Origin: an uncultured Chloroflexia bacterium
GTDB lineage: Bacteria; Chloroflexota; Chloroflexia; Thermomicrobiales; UBA6265
DNA length: 64,000 bases
Direction: 5' to 3'
Assembly: GCA_963724295.1 (NCBI GenBank)
Contig: CAVRUC010000004.1
Coordinates: 288,001-352,000, forward strand
Below the pieces are notes generated by a model, which was not told the DNA's origin, did no database searches, and was given only the letters and a program-made list of their open reading frames with translations. Made by a program: the position numbers and the translations under genes. This document shows positions 1 to 10,128 of the stretch, in pieces. Position 1 is the stretch's first letter; each line of letters begins with the position of its first letter.

Positions 1-64
1 CCCACCCGGTCAACGTTGGCATCGGTATTCCTCCGGCCCGCATCCGTATTTCCTGACGCCGCAG

Positions 65-96
65 AAGTTTGCCAAGTTTGCCAAGTTTGCCAAGTT
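65..96. repeat. 9-bp tandem repeat (AAGTTTGCC)x3.5
   Basis: Directly visible: aagtttgcc aagtttgcc aagtttgcc aagtt, just past the MFS stop codon. Confidence 0.9.
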
Positions 97-114
97 CGGC
101 GCCCGCCTCTCCGT

Positions 115-1431
115 CTACGCTCCCGCCGCTGGCCGCACCAACGGCGCATCCGGCAGCAGCGGGGAGGCGAATTCCGGCTCCCCGGCGCGGCGCATGAGCA
201 GGCACAGCCCTGCCGCGAGCAGACAGAGCAAGCCGCTTCCGACGAAGGCCAGCTCATAACCGCCGGTCACCGTGCGGATCACTCCGGCCGCTGAGGCGAC
301 GACCGCCGCGCCGAGCTGATGCGCGGTGAAGACCCAACCGTAGACGATCGGTCCAGCGGCGCGCCCGAAGGTCTGGGAGGCGATGGCCACCGTGGGCGGC
401 ACGGTGGCTACCCAGTCGAGCCCGTAGAAGACGATGAAGAGAATCAGCCCGAAACTGGGCGACCCGAGTACGAAGGGCAGGTAGAGCAGCGACAGCCCGC
501 GCAGACCGTAATAGGCGAACAGGAGCTTGCGCGAATCGACCCGGTCGGTCAGCACACCGGAGATGGTGGTGCCGACCACATCGAAGATTCCAATCACCGC
601 CAACAGGCTCGCCGCGGTCACCGCGGCCATGCCGTGGTCGACGCCGGCTGGAATCAGGTGGGTGCCGATCAGACCGTTTGTCGAGGCGCCACAGATGAAG
701 AACGTCGCCGCCAGCAGCCAGAAATTGCGGTTGCCGCTGGCCATGGCCAGTCCGCGAAAGGCCATCGCCACCGGGTTGCCTCGCGGCGGCGCCGGCGGGT
801 CGTCCTCGCTGGCGCCGTAGGCTCGCGTCCCGGCGTCCTCTGGCCGGTTGCGCAGGAAGACCAGAACCAGGGGGACGACCGCCAGGGTGCAGATCGCGAC
901 AGTCAACGAGACGTAGCGCCAACCTCGCTCCTGCCCCAGCCAACCCAGAAACGGCAGAAAGATGAGCTGACCGGTGGCGGACGCGGCGGTGAGGAGACCG
1001 ACGACCAGACCACGGCGGCGCACGAACCAGCGATTGGCGACCGTGGCCGCGAAGACGGTCGCCATCGTCCCGGCCCCAAGGCCGACGACGATCCCCCACA
1101 GCAGATAGAGCTGCCAGGGCACGGTCATCCAGACCGTCAGGGCAGCGCCGGTCGCAATGAGCAGCAGTGCGCCAGCGACAACCGGCCGGATGCCCCAGCG
1201 GTCCATCATCGCGGCGGCGAACGGCCCGACGAACCCGAACAGAACGAGATTGATCGAGACCGCCAGCGAGATCGTGGCCCGCGACCAGCCGAACTCAGCC
1301 TCCAGCGGCACCATCAACACTGCCGGCGTCGAGCGGATGCCGGACGCAGCGAGCAGGGTGATGAAGGTCACGGCAAAAACGATCCACGCGTAGTGGAAGC
1401 CGCCAGGAAGGGAAATGACGCGTCGGCTCAC
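115..1431 (-). CDS. MFS transporter
   Basis: 438 aa with about 12 hydrophobic segments and MFS loop motifs (AMMDRWGIR, VLTDRVDSR). Confidence 0.92.
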   Translation of the reverse strand: MSRRVISLPGGFHYAWIVFAVTFITLLAASGIRSTPAVLMVPLEAEFGWSRATISLAVSINLVLFGFVGPFAAAMMDRWGIRPVVAGALLLIATGAALTVWMTVPWQLYLLWGIVVGLGAGTMATVFAATVANRWFVRRRGLVVGLLTAASATGQLIFLPFLGWLGQERGWRYVSLTVAICTLAVVPLVLVFLRNRPEDAGTRAYGASEDDPPAPPRGNPVAMAFRGLAMASGNRNFWLLAATFFICGASTNGLIGTHLIPAGVDHGMAAVTAASLLAVIGIFDVVGTTISGVLTDRVDSRKLLFAYYGLRGLSLLYLPFVLGSPSFGLILFIVFYGLDWVATVPPTVAIASQTFGRAAGPIVYGWVFTAHQLGAAVVASAAGVIRTVTGGYELAFVGSGLLCLLAAGLCLLMRRAGEPEFASPLLPDAPLVRPAAGA

Positions 1432-1436
1432 GGCTC

Positions 1437-2678
1437 TCAGACTCCGGTGGGAACCGTTTGCCGGTTGTCGCTCAGGCTGCTCGCCCCCGCGGAATGACCG
1501 AACTTGTCAAGAAAACGACCGATGCGCTCGAGTGCCTCGTCGATCTGGTCCAGGCTGGTGGCGTAGGCGCAGCGGATGTGCCCCGCGCCGCCGGGTCCAA
1601 AGGCATCGCCCGGAACGACGGCAACCCTGGCCTCATAGAGCAACCGGGTCGCGAAGTCGTGCGCGGAAAGCCCGGTCGAGATGACCGAGGGGAACGCGTA
1701 GAACGCACCCGCCGGAAGGTGACAGTCCAGTCCGAGCCGGTTCAACCCCGAGACAATTGCCTGCCGCCGCAGCGCGTAGTCGTCGACGGTCGCCTGTACT
1801 TCGCGCTCCGGCACCCGCAGCGCCTCGATTGCGGCCTCCTGCGCCTGCCGCGAGGCGCAAAGCGCCGTGTACTGGTGGATGCGTGTCATGGCCGCGATCA
1901 ACGGCTTTGGGCCAGCCGCGTACCCGACGCGCCAACCGGTCATACCGTACGTCTTCGAAAAGCCGTTGAGCAGCAGCGTCCGCTCCAGCATCCCGGGCAG
2001 CGTGGCGAACGGCACGTGCGGCGCATCGTACGAGAGGCGATCGTAAATTTCGTCGCTGATCACCGCCAGATCGTGGCGCCGCACAACATCCGCGATGGCA
2101 TTGAGCGCGGCGCGATCCGGCACGGCGCCAGTCGGGTTCCCCGGGTAATTGAGCAGTAATACTCGCGTGCGCGGGGTGATGTGCCGCTCCAGCTCATTGG
2201 CTTGAGGAATGAACCCATCCCGCGCCGGAGCGGGAACCCAAACCGGGACGCCGCCGGCCAACGAGACACAGGGCGGATAGGCCACATACGCGGGGTCAGG
2301 AATGAGGACTTCATCACCGGGATCGAGCAGCGCCCGCAGCGCCAGGTCGAGTCCCTCGCTGACGCCGACAGTGATCAGGACTTCGTCCTCCGGGTCATAT
2401 TCCAGGCCGTAGCGGCTGGCCAGGGATGAGCCGACCGCCGTACGGAGATCGAGCAAGCCGCTGTTGGCGGTGTAGGTCGTGCGACCCCGCTCCAGACCGT
2501 AGATCGCCGCCTCGCGCACGCGCCAGGCTGTGCCGAAGTCCGGCTCGCCAACCCCCAGCGAGATAACATCCTCCATCTGGGAGACGACGTCGAAGAACTG
2601 ACGGATCCCCGAGGGAGGCACGGCGGTAACGGTCCGCGACAACCTCATCGTGGAGCTCGCGGGCGAAGCGAGGCTCAT
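1437..2678 (-). CDS. PLP-dependent aminotransferase class I/II
   Basis: LGVGEPDF, NYPGNPTG, SDEIY and GFSKTYGMTGWRVG (PLP lysine) motifs; start overlaps the upstream Lrp stop (ATGA). Confidence 0.95.
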   Translation of the reverse strand: MSLASPASSTMRLSRTVTAVPPSGIRQFFDVVSQMEDVISLGVGEPDFGTAWRVREAAIYGLERGRTTYTANSGLLDLRTAVGSSLASRYGLEYDPEDEVLITVGVSEGLDLALRALLDPGDEVLIPDPAYVAYPPCVSLAGGVPVWVPAPARDGFIPQANELERHITPRTRVLLLNYPGNPTGAVPDRAALNAIADVVRRHDLAVISDEIYDRLSYDAPHVPFATLPGMLERTLLLNGFSKTYGMTGWRVGYAAGPKPLIAAMTRIHQYTALCASRQAQEAAIEALRVPEREVQATVDDYALRRQAIVSGLNRLGLDCHLPAGAFYAFPSVISTGLSAHDFATRLLYEARVAVVPGDAFGPGGAGHIRCAYATSLDQIDEALERIGRFLDKFGHSAGASSLSDNRQTVPTGV

Positions 2679-3259
2679 GGCGCCACCGCCAGGCGGCCGT
2701 CGGTGACGGCATCCTCGACCAGGATGTCACCATCCTCCTTGTAGGCCTTGAGCAAGAAGTGCGTGTTCGTCGCGGTGACGTGGTCGATTGGAGCCAGCTT
2801 TTCGGAAACGAACTGCGCGATCTCCCGCATGGTCGGCGCCTCGACGATGATCCGCAAGTCATGCCCTCCGGAGACGAGGTGCGCCGCGCGAACTTCGGGG
2901 TGCCGGTAGATGCGCGCCGCGACTTGATCGAAGCCGACTTCGCGCTGCGGAGAGACACTGACGTCGATAAAGGCGACGACGCGCTCGTCACCCAGGCGAT
3001 CCCAGTCGACGACGGTCTTGTAGCCGCGAATCACCCGTTGCTGCTCGAGCTGGCTGACCAGAGCGAGGACCTGATCTTCAGCGATACCGGTCAGCTCGGC
3101 GATGCGCGCCGGGTCGCGACGAGCGTCGGTAACAAGCGCCGCCAACACGCGACGAACATCCGCATCCCGGCTGTCGAGGCGCCCCTCTCGCCCCTCGCCA
3201 TTCGGATTGAACTCAACCAAGTGATATCCCCTTCCCGGCCCCTGCACACTGTGCGGCAT
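2675..3259 (-). CDS. Lrp/AsnC family transcriptional regulator (YugG-like); true start probably further downstream
   Basis: HTH followed by AsnC ligand-binding domain (HLVSGGHDL, TNTHFLLKAYKEDG); coupled to an aminotransferase as in yugG-yugH. Confidence 0.88.
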   Translation of the reverse strand: MPHSVQGPGRGYHLVEFNPNGEGREGRLDSRDADVRRVLAALVTDARRDPARIAELTGIAEDQVLALVSQLEQQRVIRGYKTVVDWDRLGDERVVAFIDVSVSPQREVGFDQVAARIYRHPEVRAAHLVSGGHDLRIIVEAPTMREIAQFVSEKLAPIDHVTATNTHFLLKAYKEDGDILVEDAVTDGRLAVAP

Positions 3260-3287
3260 GCGAGAGTGTACGCCGCGCGCGTCCGAC

Positions 3288-3350
3288 CCTTCTCGCCTTC
3301 TCGCCTTCTCGCCCTCTTCTTCCGACTTCCGACTTCCGACTTCCGACTCC
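3288..3350. repeat. Intergenic short tandem repeats (CCTTCTCG)x3 and (TTCCGAC)x4
   Basis: Directly visible in the sequence. Confidence 0.88.
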
Positions 3351-3351
3351 G

Positions 3352-4644
3352 TTACCAGTACCGCATCGCGGCCAGGAACAACCCCCGCAGGTCCTCGGCC
3401 GTGGCTGGGCGCGGCGAGAGCTTGGTCACCCGGTGCTGCGGCAGCGTCCCGGCCACGAGTGCATCGACATCATCGGCGCCAAGTCCGACGGCCGAGAGTC
3501 CGTTCGGCATGCCGACGCGGCGCATGATCCGCTCGATCTGACTTGCCAGAATCTCTCCAGCGTCCTCTGCCGCCGCGCCACCGGTTTCGGCGCCGAGCAG
3601 CTGTGCGGCCTGCAGGTGACGCTCCGGGTTGGCCTGAGCCGTCCAGCGGAAGACCGACGGCGCATTGAGAATCACGGACATTCCATGCGGCACGATCGGA
3701 TGGTCGTCTGGATAGCCGGCCGGTACGTAGTCACGGACCATGCCCGAGACCGGGTAGCTCATACCGTGCGGCAGATGCACCCCCGCGTTCCCGAACCCGA
3801 TCCCGGCGTAGGCGGCGGCGAGGAGCATCTCCCCCCGCGCCTCGTCATCGGACGGATCGTCGACGGCACGGGCGATGCTTCGCGCCATCACGTCCATCGC
3901 CTTGCTCGCCCAGACGTCGGAGATCGGGTTCGCTCCCTGATAAGCGGGACGCTGCCCTGGATGATCGGGCGCCGGCCGCTTGCTATACGGCAACGCGGTG
4001 AACGACTCGACCGCGTGCGAAAGGACATCCAGTGCCGAGCACGCGGCCACCATCGGCGGCATGCTGCGAGTGTTGTCGGGGTCGATGATCCCCAAAATCG
4101 GTCGCAAGGCCCGGTGGGCAATGCCGGTCTTGGCGTGCAGTGCTTCGTAATCGAAGATGGCGACTCCCGTGGTCTCCGAACCCGTCCCGGCCGTCGTCGG
4201 GATGGCGATGAGTGGTTTGAGCGGGCCGGGTACCGGCTTCCCCTCCCCGATCGGCGGGTTCACGTAGGTCAGCAACGGAGCGGGGTACGTCGCGAAGAGG
4301 TTGGCGGCCTTGGCGGTGTCCATGACGCTACCGCCGCCCACGGCGACGTAGCCATCGAACCTGCCATCCGCGGCGAAGGTAGCTGCATCCATGAAACTCG
4401 CGTCCGTCGGTTCTACTCGAACCCGGTCGAAAAGGACGGCGTCGATCCCTTCTCGCCGCAGTGCGTCGAGTGTCGTTGCCACCGTCTCGCCTGCCGCCAA
4501 CCGGGGATCGGTGACAACCATGACCCGACGTCCGCCGAGGCGGGCCATGTCGGCGCCGACTTCGCGCGTCGCGCCAGGTCCGAACTTGATCGCCGAGGTG
4601 TCCATGGTGAACCGTGTTTCATGGATTGGGTCTGACTCAGCCAC
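3352..4644 (-). CDS. Hydroxyacid-oxoacid transhydrogenase (iron-containing alcohol dehydrogenase family)
   Basis: GGGSVMDTAK, PTTAGTGSETT, RPAYQGANP and GNAGVHLPHGMSYP motifs; GTG start at 4644 with AAGGAG RBS. Confidence 0.92.
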   Translation of the reverse strand: MAESDPIHETRFTMDTSAIKFGPGATREVGADMARLGGRRVMVVTDPRLAAGETVATTLDALRREGIDAVLFDRVRVEPTDASFMDAATFAADGRFDGYVAVGGGSVMDTAKAANLFATYPAPLLTYVNPPIGEGKPVPGPLKPLIAIPTTAGTGSETTGVAIFDYEALHAKTGIAHRALRPILGIIDPDNTRSMPPMVAACSALDVLSHAVESFTALPYSKRPAPDHPGQRPAYQGANPISDVWASKAMDVMARSIARAVDDPSDDEARGEMLLAAAYAGIGFGNAGVHLPHGMSYPVSGMVRDYVPAGYPDDHPIVPHGMSVILNAPSVFRWTAQANPERHLQAAQLLGAETGGAAAEDAGEILASQIERIMRRVGMPNGLSAVGLGADDVDALVAGTLPQHRVTKLSPRPATAEDLRGLFLAAMRYW

Positions 4645-4727
4645 GGGATCTCCTTGTCTATCCTCACGCTCGGCCCCGCGGGCGATGCTGGAGCAATGGG
4701 CTCGTCCCCTATGCAATCATCGCGATG

Positions 4728-4756
4728 AAAACGGCCCTGGCAAATCGCCAGGGCCG
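4728..4756 (-). terminator. Probable intrinsic terminator
   Basis: 10-bp perfect stem CGGCCCTGGC/GCCAGGGCCG followed by TTTT on the minus strand, downstream of the 4801-5451 gene. Confidence 0.65.
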
Positions 4757-4800
4757 CCTCACTCGGATGATTCTGTAGAAAATCCGCGGTGGTCTCGCGG

Positions 4801-5451
4801 CTACCCGCCCGGCGCTTCGTACTCGCTTGCGTCGTCATTGCGCGATCCGTCCCGAACCCTCTCGCCGCCTTCCGTCGCTCCGATGCCATCCTCTGCCGTA
4901 GTTCCGCTCGACCCGGTCGCCGGCGCGGCACCCGATGCCGGCTCGCTTGAGGTGGTTGACGTCTCACTGATGGTGGCGTCGCCGGTTACCACGCCTGATG
5001 GCGCCTGCCCACCCGAATCGATGTCGCTGGGGGCCGTCGCAACCGGTTCGGCCGGTGGCGGCAGCAGCGTGAGGGGGATTTCGAGGCCGGACAGCACGGT
5101 CAGGTCATAGGCCATCACAAGATCCAGAATTCCGAGCGCCTCGAGCGTCTCGGCATTCTCCGGCAACGACGCCTCTTCGGAAGTCCCGGTGTCGGTTGTG
5201 CCGCCTTCGCCCGCGTCGCCGGCGGAGACGCTACCGCCATTGCCGTCGTTGTCCCGCTCGGCGTTGCCGGTCGACGTATTCCCCGAGTCCGCCCCGGAAC
5301 CCGATGAGCCATCTTCGCCGGAGCGCGCCTGCTCCAGGGTTGCCGATGGGGCCTCCTGGGCGAACGCGCTGCCTGCCGGCAATCCTGCGGCGATGCTGGC
5401 CAGTGAAGCGGCGAGCGCGGCGACGCGCGCCCATGATGTGCTATTCCGCAT
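4801..5451 (-). CDS. Hypothetical secreted low-complexity protein
   Basis: MRNSTSWARVAALAASLASIAAGLPAGSAFAQ signal peptide, then acidic S/G/T-rich sequence; GAAGGA RBS upstream. Confidence 0.65.
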   Translation of the reverse strand: MRNSTSWARVAALAASLASIAAGLPAGSAFAQEAPSATLEQARSGEDGSSGSGADSGNTSTGNAERDNDGNGGSVSAGDAGEGGTTDTGTSEEASLPENAETLEALGILDLVMAYDLTVLSGLEIPLTLLPPPAEPVATAPSDIDSGGQAPSGVVTGDATISETSTTSSEPASGAAPATGSSGTTAEDGIGATEGGERVRDGSRNDDASEYEAPGG

Positions 5452-5728
5452 GACGAGTGAAGTCCTTCCCTCAATCTGCCAGGACGCGCGGGCGGCCGTC
5501 CCGTGCGACCCGCCCTGGCAACCGTGAGAACGTACCTTCCGGTACTCCCCGGCGTCAACGAGCGGGACCAGGCGGGCGTTTCGTCCTGCATCTGGGCGGG
5601 CACGGATTCCCCCGACTTCAGTACTCATCCCCAGCCACGTTAATTCCTGCGTCACGGTTGGCATGAAAACTGCTGGCTGGCAACTGCCCGCGATGGGCAG
5701 TTGTGCATCTACCGCGAAGGAGGAGCCC

Positions 5729-6346
5729 ATGAGATTTGGAAAGTTGATCGCAACCGCCGGTGCAGCGGCCGTGCTTTCTGGCATGGTGGCCCTGAGTGGA
5801 CCCGCGGCATGGGCCCAGGACGCCACGCCCGAGGCGGAGGATATTCTGGCGGCGCGCCCGGCGCACATCCACACCGGGACCTGCGACGAGGTCGGCGAGG
5901 TGGTTGCCCCGCTCACCGATCTCGGCGGTGCGATCGGTGGCGACCGCGTCGGACAGGTGCGCCGGGCCATACCCGCGCAGAGCTCATTTACCTCCGTACC
6001 GCTGACTCTTGATGCAATTCTGGGAGCCGACCACGTCGTCAATGTCCACCTCTCGGCCGAAGAGATCGGGACCTACATCGCCTGCGGGGAAATCGGCGGC
6101 AGGCTTTCCCCTGAGGGCGCCGTGATCATCGGTCTCCGTGAGTTGAATAACTCCGGTTTCACCGGGATCGCTTACCTGGCGCCAGGAGCGGATGGCGCCT
6201 CGACCGATGTCTCGGCCTTTGTCGCTCCAACCCAGAGTGGACGGAATCGCGACCGTGCCGGCGACGATACGGCCACGGTGGGCGCCACTCCAACCGACGG
6301 CGGCATGGGCGGTATGGACATGGGCACGCCGGAAGCCGGTTCATAA
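5729..6346 (+). CDS. Secreted PAHIHxGxC-domain protein (Cu/Zn-SOD/CHRD-like), paralog 1
   Basis: AAGGAGGAG RBS, signal peptide ending AWA-QDATP, motifs PAHIHTGTC, VNVH and IACGEI. Confidence 0.8.
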   Translation: MRFGKLIATAGAAAVLSGMVALSGPAAWAQDATPEAEDILAARPAHIHTGTCDEVGEVVAPLTDLGGAIGGDRVGQVRRAIPAQSSFTSVPLTLDAILGADHVVNVHLSAEEIGTYIACGEIGGRLSPEGAVIIGLRELNNSGFTGIAYLAPGADGASTDVSAFVAPTQSGRNRDRAGDDTATVGATPTDGGMGGMDMGTPEAGS

Positions 6347-6389
6347 CGGCGAGGAGCGAGCCGGAATCTTCCGGCTCGCCTTCGACGTC

Positions 6390-6438
6390 TAGCAAAGGAG
6401 GGCCGGGTGCCGCTATCGCACCCGGCCCTCCTTTGCTA
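6390..6438 (+). terminator. Long perfect hairpin, probable terminator
   Basis: 21-bp perfect inverted repeat TAGCAAAGGAGGGCCGGGTGC / GCACCCGGCCCTCCTTTGCTA; a second 11-bp hairpin lies at 6356-6379. Confidence 0.75.
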
Positions 6439-6566
6439 TCGGGAGCTCCCTGTCCAGTCTCGGCAGCGGCCGCCGGCTGTCACCCGGTTCTCATGAGGTC
6501 GTTGACAATGCGACACTTACCAGCCCCCAGGCGGGGTCCGATCCGCGCATTGACAAGGAGGTTCCC

Positions 6567-7085
6567 GTGACCACCCGCCGCCATACTCGTGTTGCAGGCA
6601 CGCTGTTTGCGCTCGTCGCAGTCGTGGCCGCAGCCATCCCGGGCGCCGTCGCACAGGATGCAACGCCAGTTGCGCAGCTCGTCGCTCCCGCCCGCCCCGC
6701 CCATATCCACTCCGGCAACTGCGTGGAACTCGGCGACGTGGTTGTCCCTCTGGCCGATCTCACCGCAGCGGTCGGCGAGGGCGTCGGGCAGGTAGATAGA
6801 GCGACACCAGCGGAAAGCTCCTTCACCAATGTCCCGATGACGCTCGACGCCATCCTCGGGGCTGATCACGCCATCAACGTTCACCTTTCCGCCGAGCGGA
6901 TCGACACCTACATCGCGTGCGGCGAGCTTGGCGGTGGCGTCGACGCCAGCGGGGCGCTCGTCGTCGGTCTGCGGGAAGAGTCCGATTCGGGCTACACCGG
7001 AATCGCGTTCCTGTCGCCGGGCGCTGACGGCGCTTCTACCGACGTGTCGGTATTCATCGCTCCCGTGTTCGGCGCCGCCGGCTAA
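6567..7085 (+). CDS. Secreted PAHIHxGxC-domain protein, paralog 2
   Basis: AAGGAGG RBS, GTG start, signal peptide, PAHIHSGNC/INVH/IACGEL; clearly homologous to 5729-6346. Confidence 0.8.
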   Translation: MTTRRHTRVAGTLFALVAVVAAAIPGAVAQDATPVAQLVAPARPAHIHSGNCVELGDVVVPLADLTAAVGEGVGQVDRATPAESSFTNVPMTLDAILGADHAINVHLSAERIDTYIACGELGGGVDASGALVVGLREESDSGYTGIAFLSPGADGASTDVSVFIAPVFGAAG

Positions 7086-7099
7086 CGAACCGGCGACGA

Positions 7100-7132
7100 G
7101 AGATCCCGGCCGCAATCCGCGGCCGGGATCTC
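7100..7132 (+). terminator. Hairpin downstream of paralog 2, possible terminator
   Basis: 14-bp perfect stem GAGATCCCGGCCGC/GCGGCCGGGATCTC with no clear T-tract. Confidence 0.55.
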
Positions 7133-7251
7133 CTCTCTGAGCCCGCTTCCTGGCCCCGAATCTGCGAGGCTCTCCGTGAGATGCAATCGCGTCGCCGGGC
7201 GGTGCGGGCATCGGCATCGTCTACCGCCGTGGCGCTCTCCCGGAGGGTTCG

Positions 7252-9294
7252 ATGCCTGTCCCATTCCGCAATCGAGTCGATGCTGGCCAGCAGCTCGCAT
7301 CCCACCTGAGCCAGTATCGGGATCGTTCTGACGTTGTCGTCCTGGGGCTACCGCGTGGCGGCGTTCCTGTCGCCGCCGAGGTCGCCACGGCACTCAATGC
7401 GCCCCTCGATGCCTTCCTCGTCCGCAAGCTCGGCGTCCCCGGCCATGAGGAGCTGGCCATGGGCGCAATCGCGTCCGGCGGACTGCGTGTCCTGAACGAG
7501 GACACCGTCCGTGAGCTCCACATTCCGGCTGAGGCCATCGACGCGGTCGAAGCCAACGAGCGTCGTGAGCTTGCCCGCCGCGAGCGCTTGTACCGAGGAT
7601 CCCAGGCGCCACCCGACGTCACCGGCAAGACGGTCATCCTTGTCGATGACGGGCTGGCCACCGGGTCGACGCTGCGCGCGGGTGCGCTCGCCTTGCGCGA
7701 AGGCAATCCGGCGTGGCTCGTCGGCGCGGTCCCCGTCGCATCTCGCACTGTCTGCGATGCGATGCGCGACGTCGTCGACGAGATGGTCTGCGCCGAGACG
7801 CCGGAACCGTTTTACGCCGTTGGCCTCTGGTACGACGATTTCGGACAGACGACCGACGATGAGGTACGTCACCTGCTCGCCCGCGCCGAGAGCCGAATGG
7901 CCGCGACGAGGGTGGAACAGCCTGCCGACTCGCCTTCGACTGTCCCAGCGCCGTCGACGCCTGCGGAAGCCATCGCTCACGCCGCACTTCCGCTACGTGG
8001 CGAAATAGCCGACATCGGTCCGCTCCTGCAGCGTCTCGGACGTGCGGAGATCGTCCTTATCGGCGAGGCGTCGCACGGCACGCATGAGTTCTATGCGCAG
8101 CGCGCCAACATCACCCGTCGTCTCATCGAGGAACGAGGATTCAACGCCGTTGCGGTCGAGGCCGACTGGCCCGATGCCTATCGAATCAACTGCTTCGTCC
8201 GCGGCGAAAGTGATGACCCGGACGCGGAAACAGCGCTCGCGGACTTCCACCGGTTCCCGCGCTGGATGTGGCGCAACGAGGATGTCCTGGAGTTCGTGCG
8301 ATGGCTCCGCGATTACAACGACGCACTGCCTCCCGGCAAGCCCAAGACTGGCTTCTACGGCATCGATCTCTATTCGCTTTCACGGTCGATTGAGGCGGTC
8401 GTCGCCTACCTGGACAAGGTGGATCCGGACGCCGCGGCGCGCGCGCGGGCCCGCTACGCCTGCTTCGACGATTTTGGCGACAACCCCCAGGTCTACGGGC
8501 AGATGGTCTCCCTCGGTCTTGCCGAGGATTGTGAGAATGAAGTCGTCGGGCAACTCCTCGAGCTCCAGCAGCGCTCCGCCGAGCTGAGGAATCGCGACGG
8601 ACGCTCCGGCATGGACGAACAGTTCTTCGCCGAGCAGAACGCGCGGGTAGCCCGCAATGCCGCCGCCTACTACCGCTCCATGTTCCGCGGCCGCGTCTCC
8701 TCGTGGAATCTGCGAGACCAGCACATGGCTGACACGATCGACTCGCTCATCGCGCACCTCCACGAGCAGGATGGTCACGCGCGGATAGCCGTCTGGGCGC
8801 ACAACTCTCACCTTGGCGACGCCCGCGCCACCGAGATGGGAGTCGTCGGCGAGCTCAACGTCGGCCAGCTCATGCGGGAGCGCCACCCCGATGAGACTTA
8901 TGGCATTGGGTTCACGACGTACGAGGGCACGGTGGCGGCCGCGGCCGAATGGGACAGTCCAGCCCGCCGGCGCCGTGTCCTCCCAGGACTCCCCGGGTCG
9001 TACGAAGACCTGCTGCATCAGGCGTCCGCGATCGCGGAGACGGACCTCATGCTCGATCTACGCAACCAGGGCGCGGCGACGGAGACGCTCGCCGAGCCGC
9101 GCCTGGAGCGTGCTATCGGCGTCATCTACAAACCGGAAACGGAGCGATTCAGTCACTACTTCCACGCCATTCTGCCCAGGCAGTTCGACGCCGTGCTCCA
9201 CATCGACCGCACGTCCGCCGTGCAACCGCTGGACGCCGACCCCGGATTCGAAGCGCCTGACGAAATGCCGGAGACCTGGCCCTTCGGTGTGTAG
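7252..9294 (+). CDS. Phosphoribosyltransferase / erythromycin-esterase-like fusion (Rv2030c-like)
   Basis: N-terminal PRT (LGLPRGGVPV, ILVDDGLATGST); C-terminal Ere-like domain (IGEASHGTHEFY, VWAHNSHLGDARAT, LERAIGVIY). Confidence 0.92.
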   Translation: MPVPFRNRVDAGQQLASHLSQYRDRSDVVVLGLPRGGVPVAAEVATALNAPLDAFLVRKLGVPGHEELAMGAIASGGLRVLNEDTVRELHIPAEAIDAVEANERRELARRERLYRGSQAPPDVTGKTVILVDDGLATGSTLRAGALALREGNPAWLVGAVPVASRTVCDAMRDVVDEMVCAETPEPFYAVGLWYDDFGQTTDDEVRHLLARAESRMAATRVEQPADSPSTVPAPSTPAEAIAHAALPLRGEIADIGPLLQRLGRAEIVLIGEASHGTHEFYAQRANITRRLIEERGFNAVAVEADWPDAYRINCFVRGESDDPDAETALADFHRFPRWMWRNEDVLEFVRWLRDYNDALPPGKPKTGFYGIDLYSLSRSIEAVVAYLDKVDPDAAARARARYACFDDFGDNPQVYGQMVSLGLAEDCENEVVGQLLELQQRSAELRNRDGRSGMDEQFFAEQNARVARNAAAYYRSMFRGRVSSWNLRDQHMADTIDSLIAHLHEQDGHARIAVWAHNSHLGDARATEMGVVGELNVGQLMRERHPDETYGIGFTTYEGTVAAAAEWDSPARRRRVLPGLPGSYEDLLHQASAIAETDLMLDLRNQGAATETLAEPRLERAIGVIYKPETERFSHYFHAILPRQFDAVLHIDRTSAVQPLDADPGFEAPDEMPETWPFGV

Positions 9295-9405
9295 GTCGCA
9301 GACGGCCAGACGGCAAGACGGCAAGATGGCCAGTTGGGGCGACGCCCGCGTCGCCCGCTACACCACAACCCGAGTCCCCTATCACCCCATCGTCTGGAGG
9401 TCCCG

Positions 9406-10128
9406 ATGAGCTCCACTCCTTCTGCGCGGCAACTCCCTGAGCCTCGCGACGTGCGTCTGTCGCTCCCCGGCGCCGAGCTGGAAGGCTCCCTCACCCTTCC
9501 CGAAGAGGCGCGTGGGCTCGTGCTTTTCGCACACGGTAGCGGCTCATCCCGCCACTCTCCCCGCAATCGATACGTCGCGGAGATCTTGCAAGCCGCCGGG
9601 TTGGGAACCTTGTTGATGGACCTTCTCACCCGCGACGAGGACGAGGTTGATCGGTTCACCAGGCAGTTTCGGTTCGATATCGGGCTGCTTGGGGACCGAC
9701 TCACGGGCGCAATCGACTGGCTCGAGCGCCAATCGGAAACTCGCGAACTCCCCATTGGACTGTTCGGCGCCAGCACCGGCGCCGCGGCTGCCCTGCAAGC
9801 CGCGGCCGCTCGTCCTAACCGTGTCCGTACCGTCGTCAGCCGCGGCGGTCGCCCGGATCTGGCGGGAGAGGCGCTCGAACGTGTACAAGTTCCCACGCTG
9901 TTGATCGTCGGTGCCGACGATACTCCGGTCATTCCACTCAACGATGCGGCGCGGCGGCAAATGAAGGCTCCCGTGGAGATGCGACTCGTGCCGGGAGCGA
10001 GTCACCTCTTTGAGGAACCCGGTACCCTTGCCGCGGCCTCGGCGCTGGCCCGAGACTGGTTTGTGCGTCAGCTCACGATCGAGGCGAACAGCGGCTCGCC
10101 GCGTTCCGCAAGGGAGCAGACTGGATGA
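9406..10128 (+). CDS. Dienelactone hydrolase family protein
   Basis: FAHGSGSSRHSPRN, GLFGASTG, SRGGRPDLA and HLFEEPG motifs. Confidence 0.9.
   Translation: MSSTPSARQLPEPRDVRLSLPGAELEGSLTLPEEARGLVLFAHGSGSSRHSPRNRYVAEILQAAGLGTLLMDLLTRDEDEVDRFTRQFRFDIGLLGDRLTGAIDWLERQSETRELPIGLFGASTGAAAALQAAAARPNRVRTVVSRGGRPDLAGEALERVQVPTLLIVGADDTPVIPLNDAARRQMKAPVEMRLVPGASHLFEEPGTLAAASALARDWFVRQLTIEANSGSPRSAREQTG

Noticed and set aside
7252..9294. Macrolide resistance gene (ere)
   Set aside because: The PRT-fused Rv2030c-like architecture is widespread and is not evidence of resistance.
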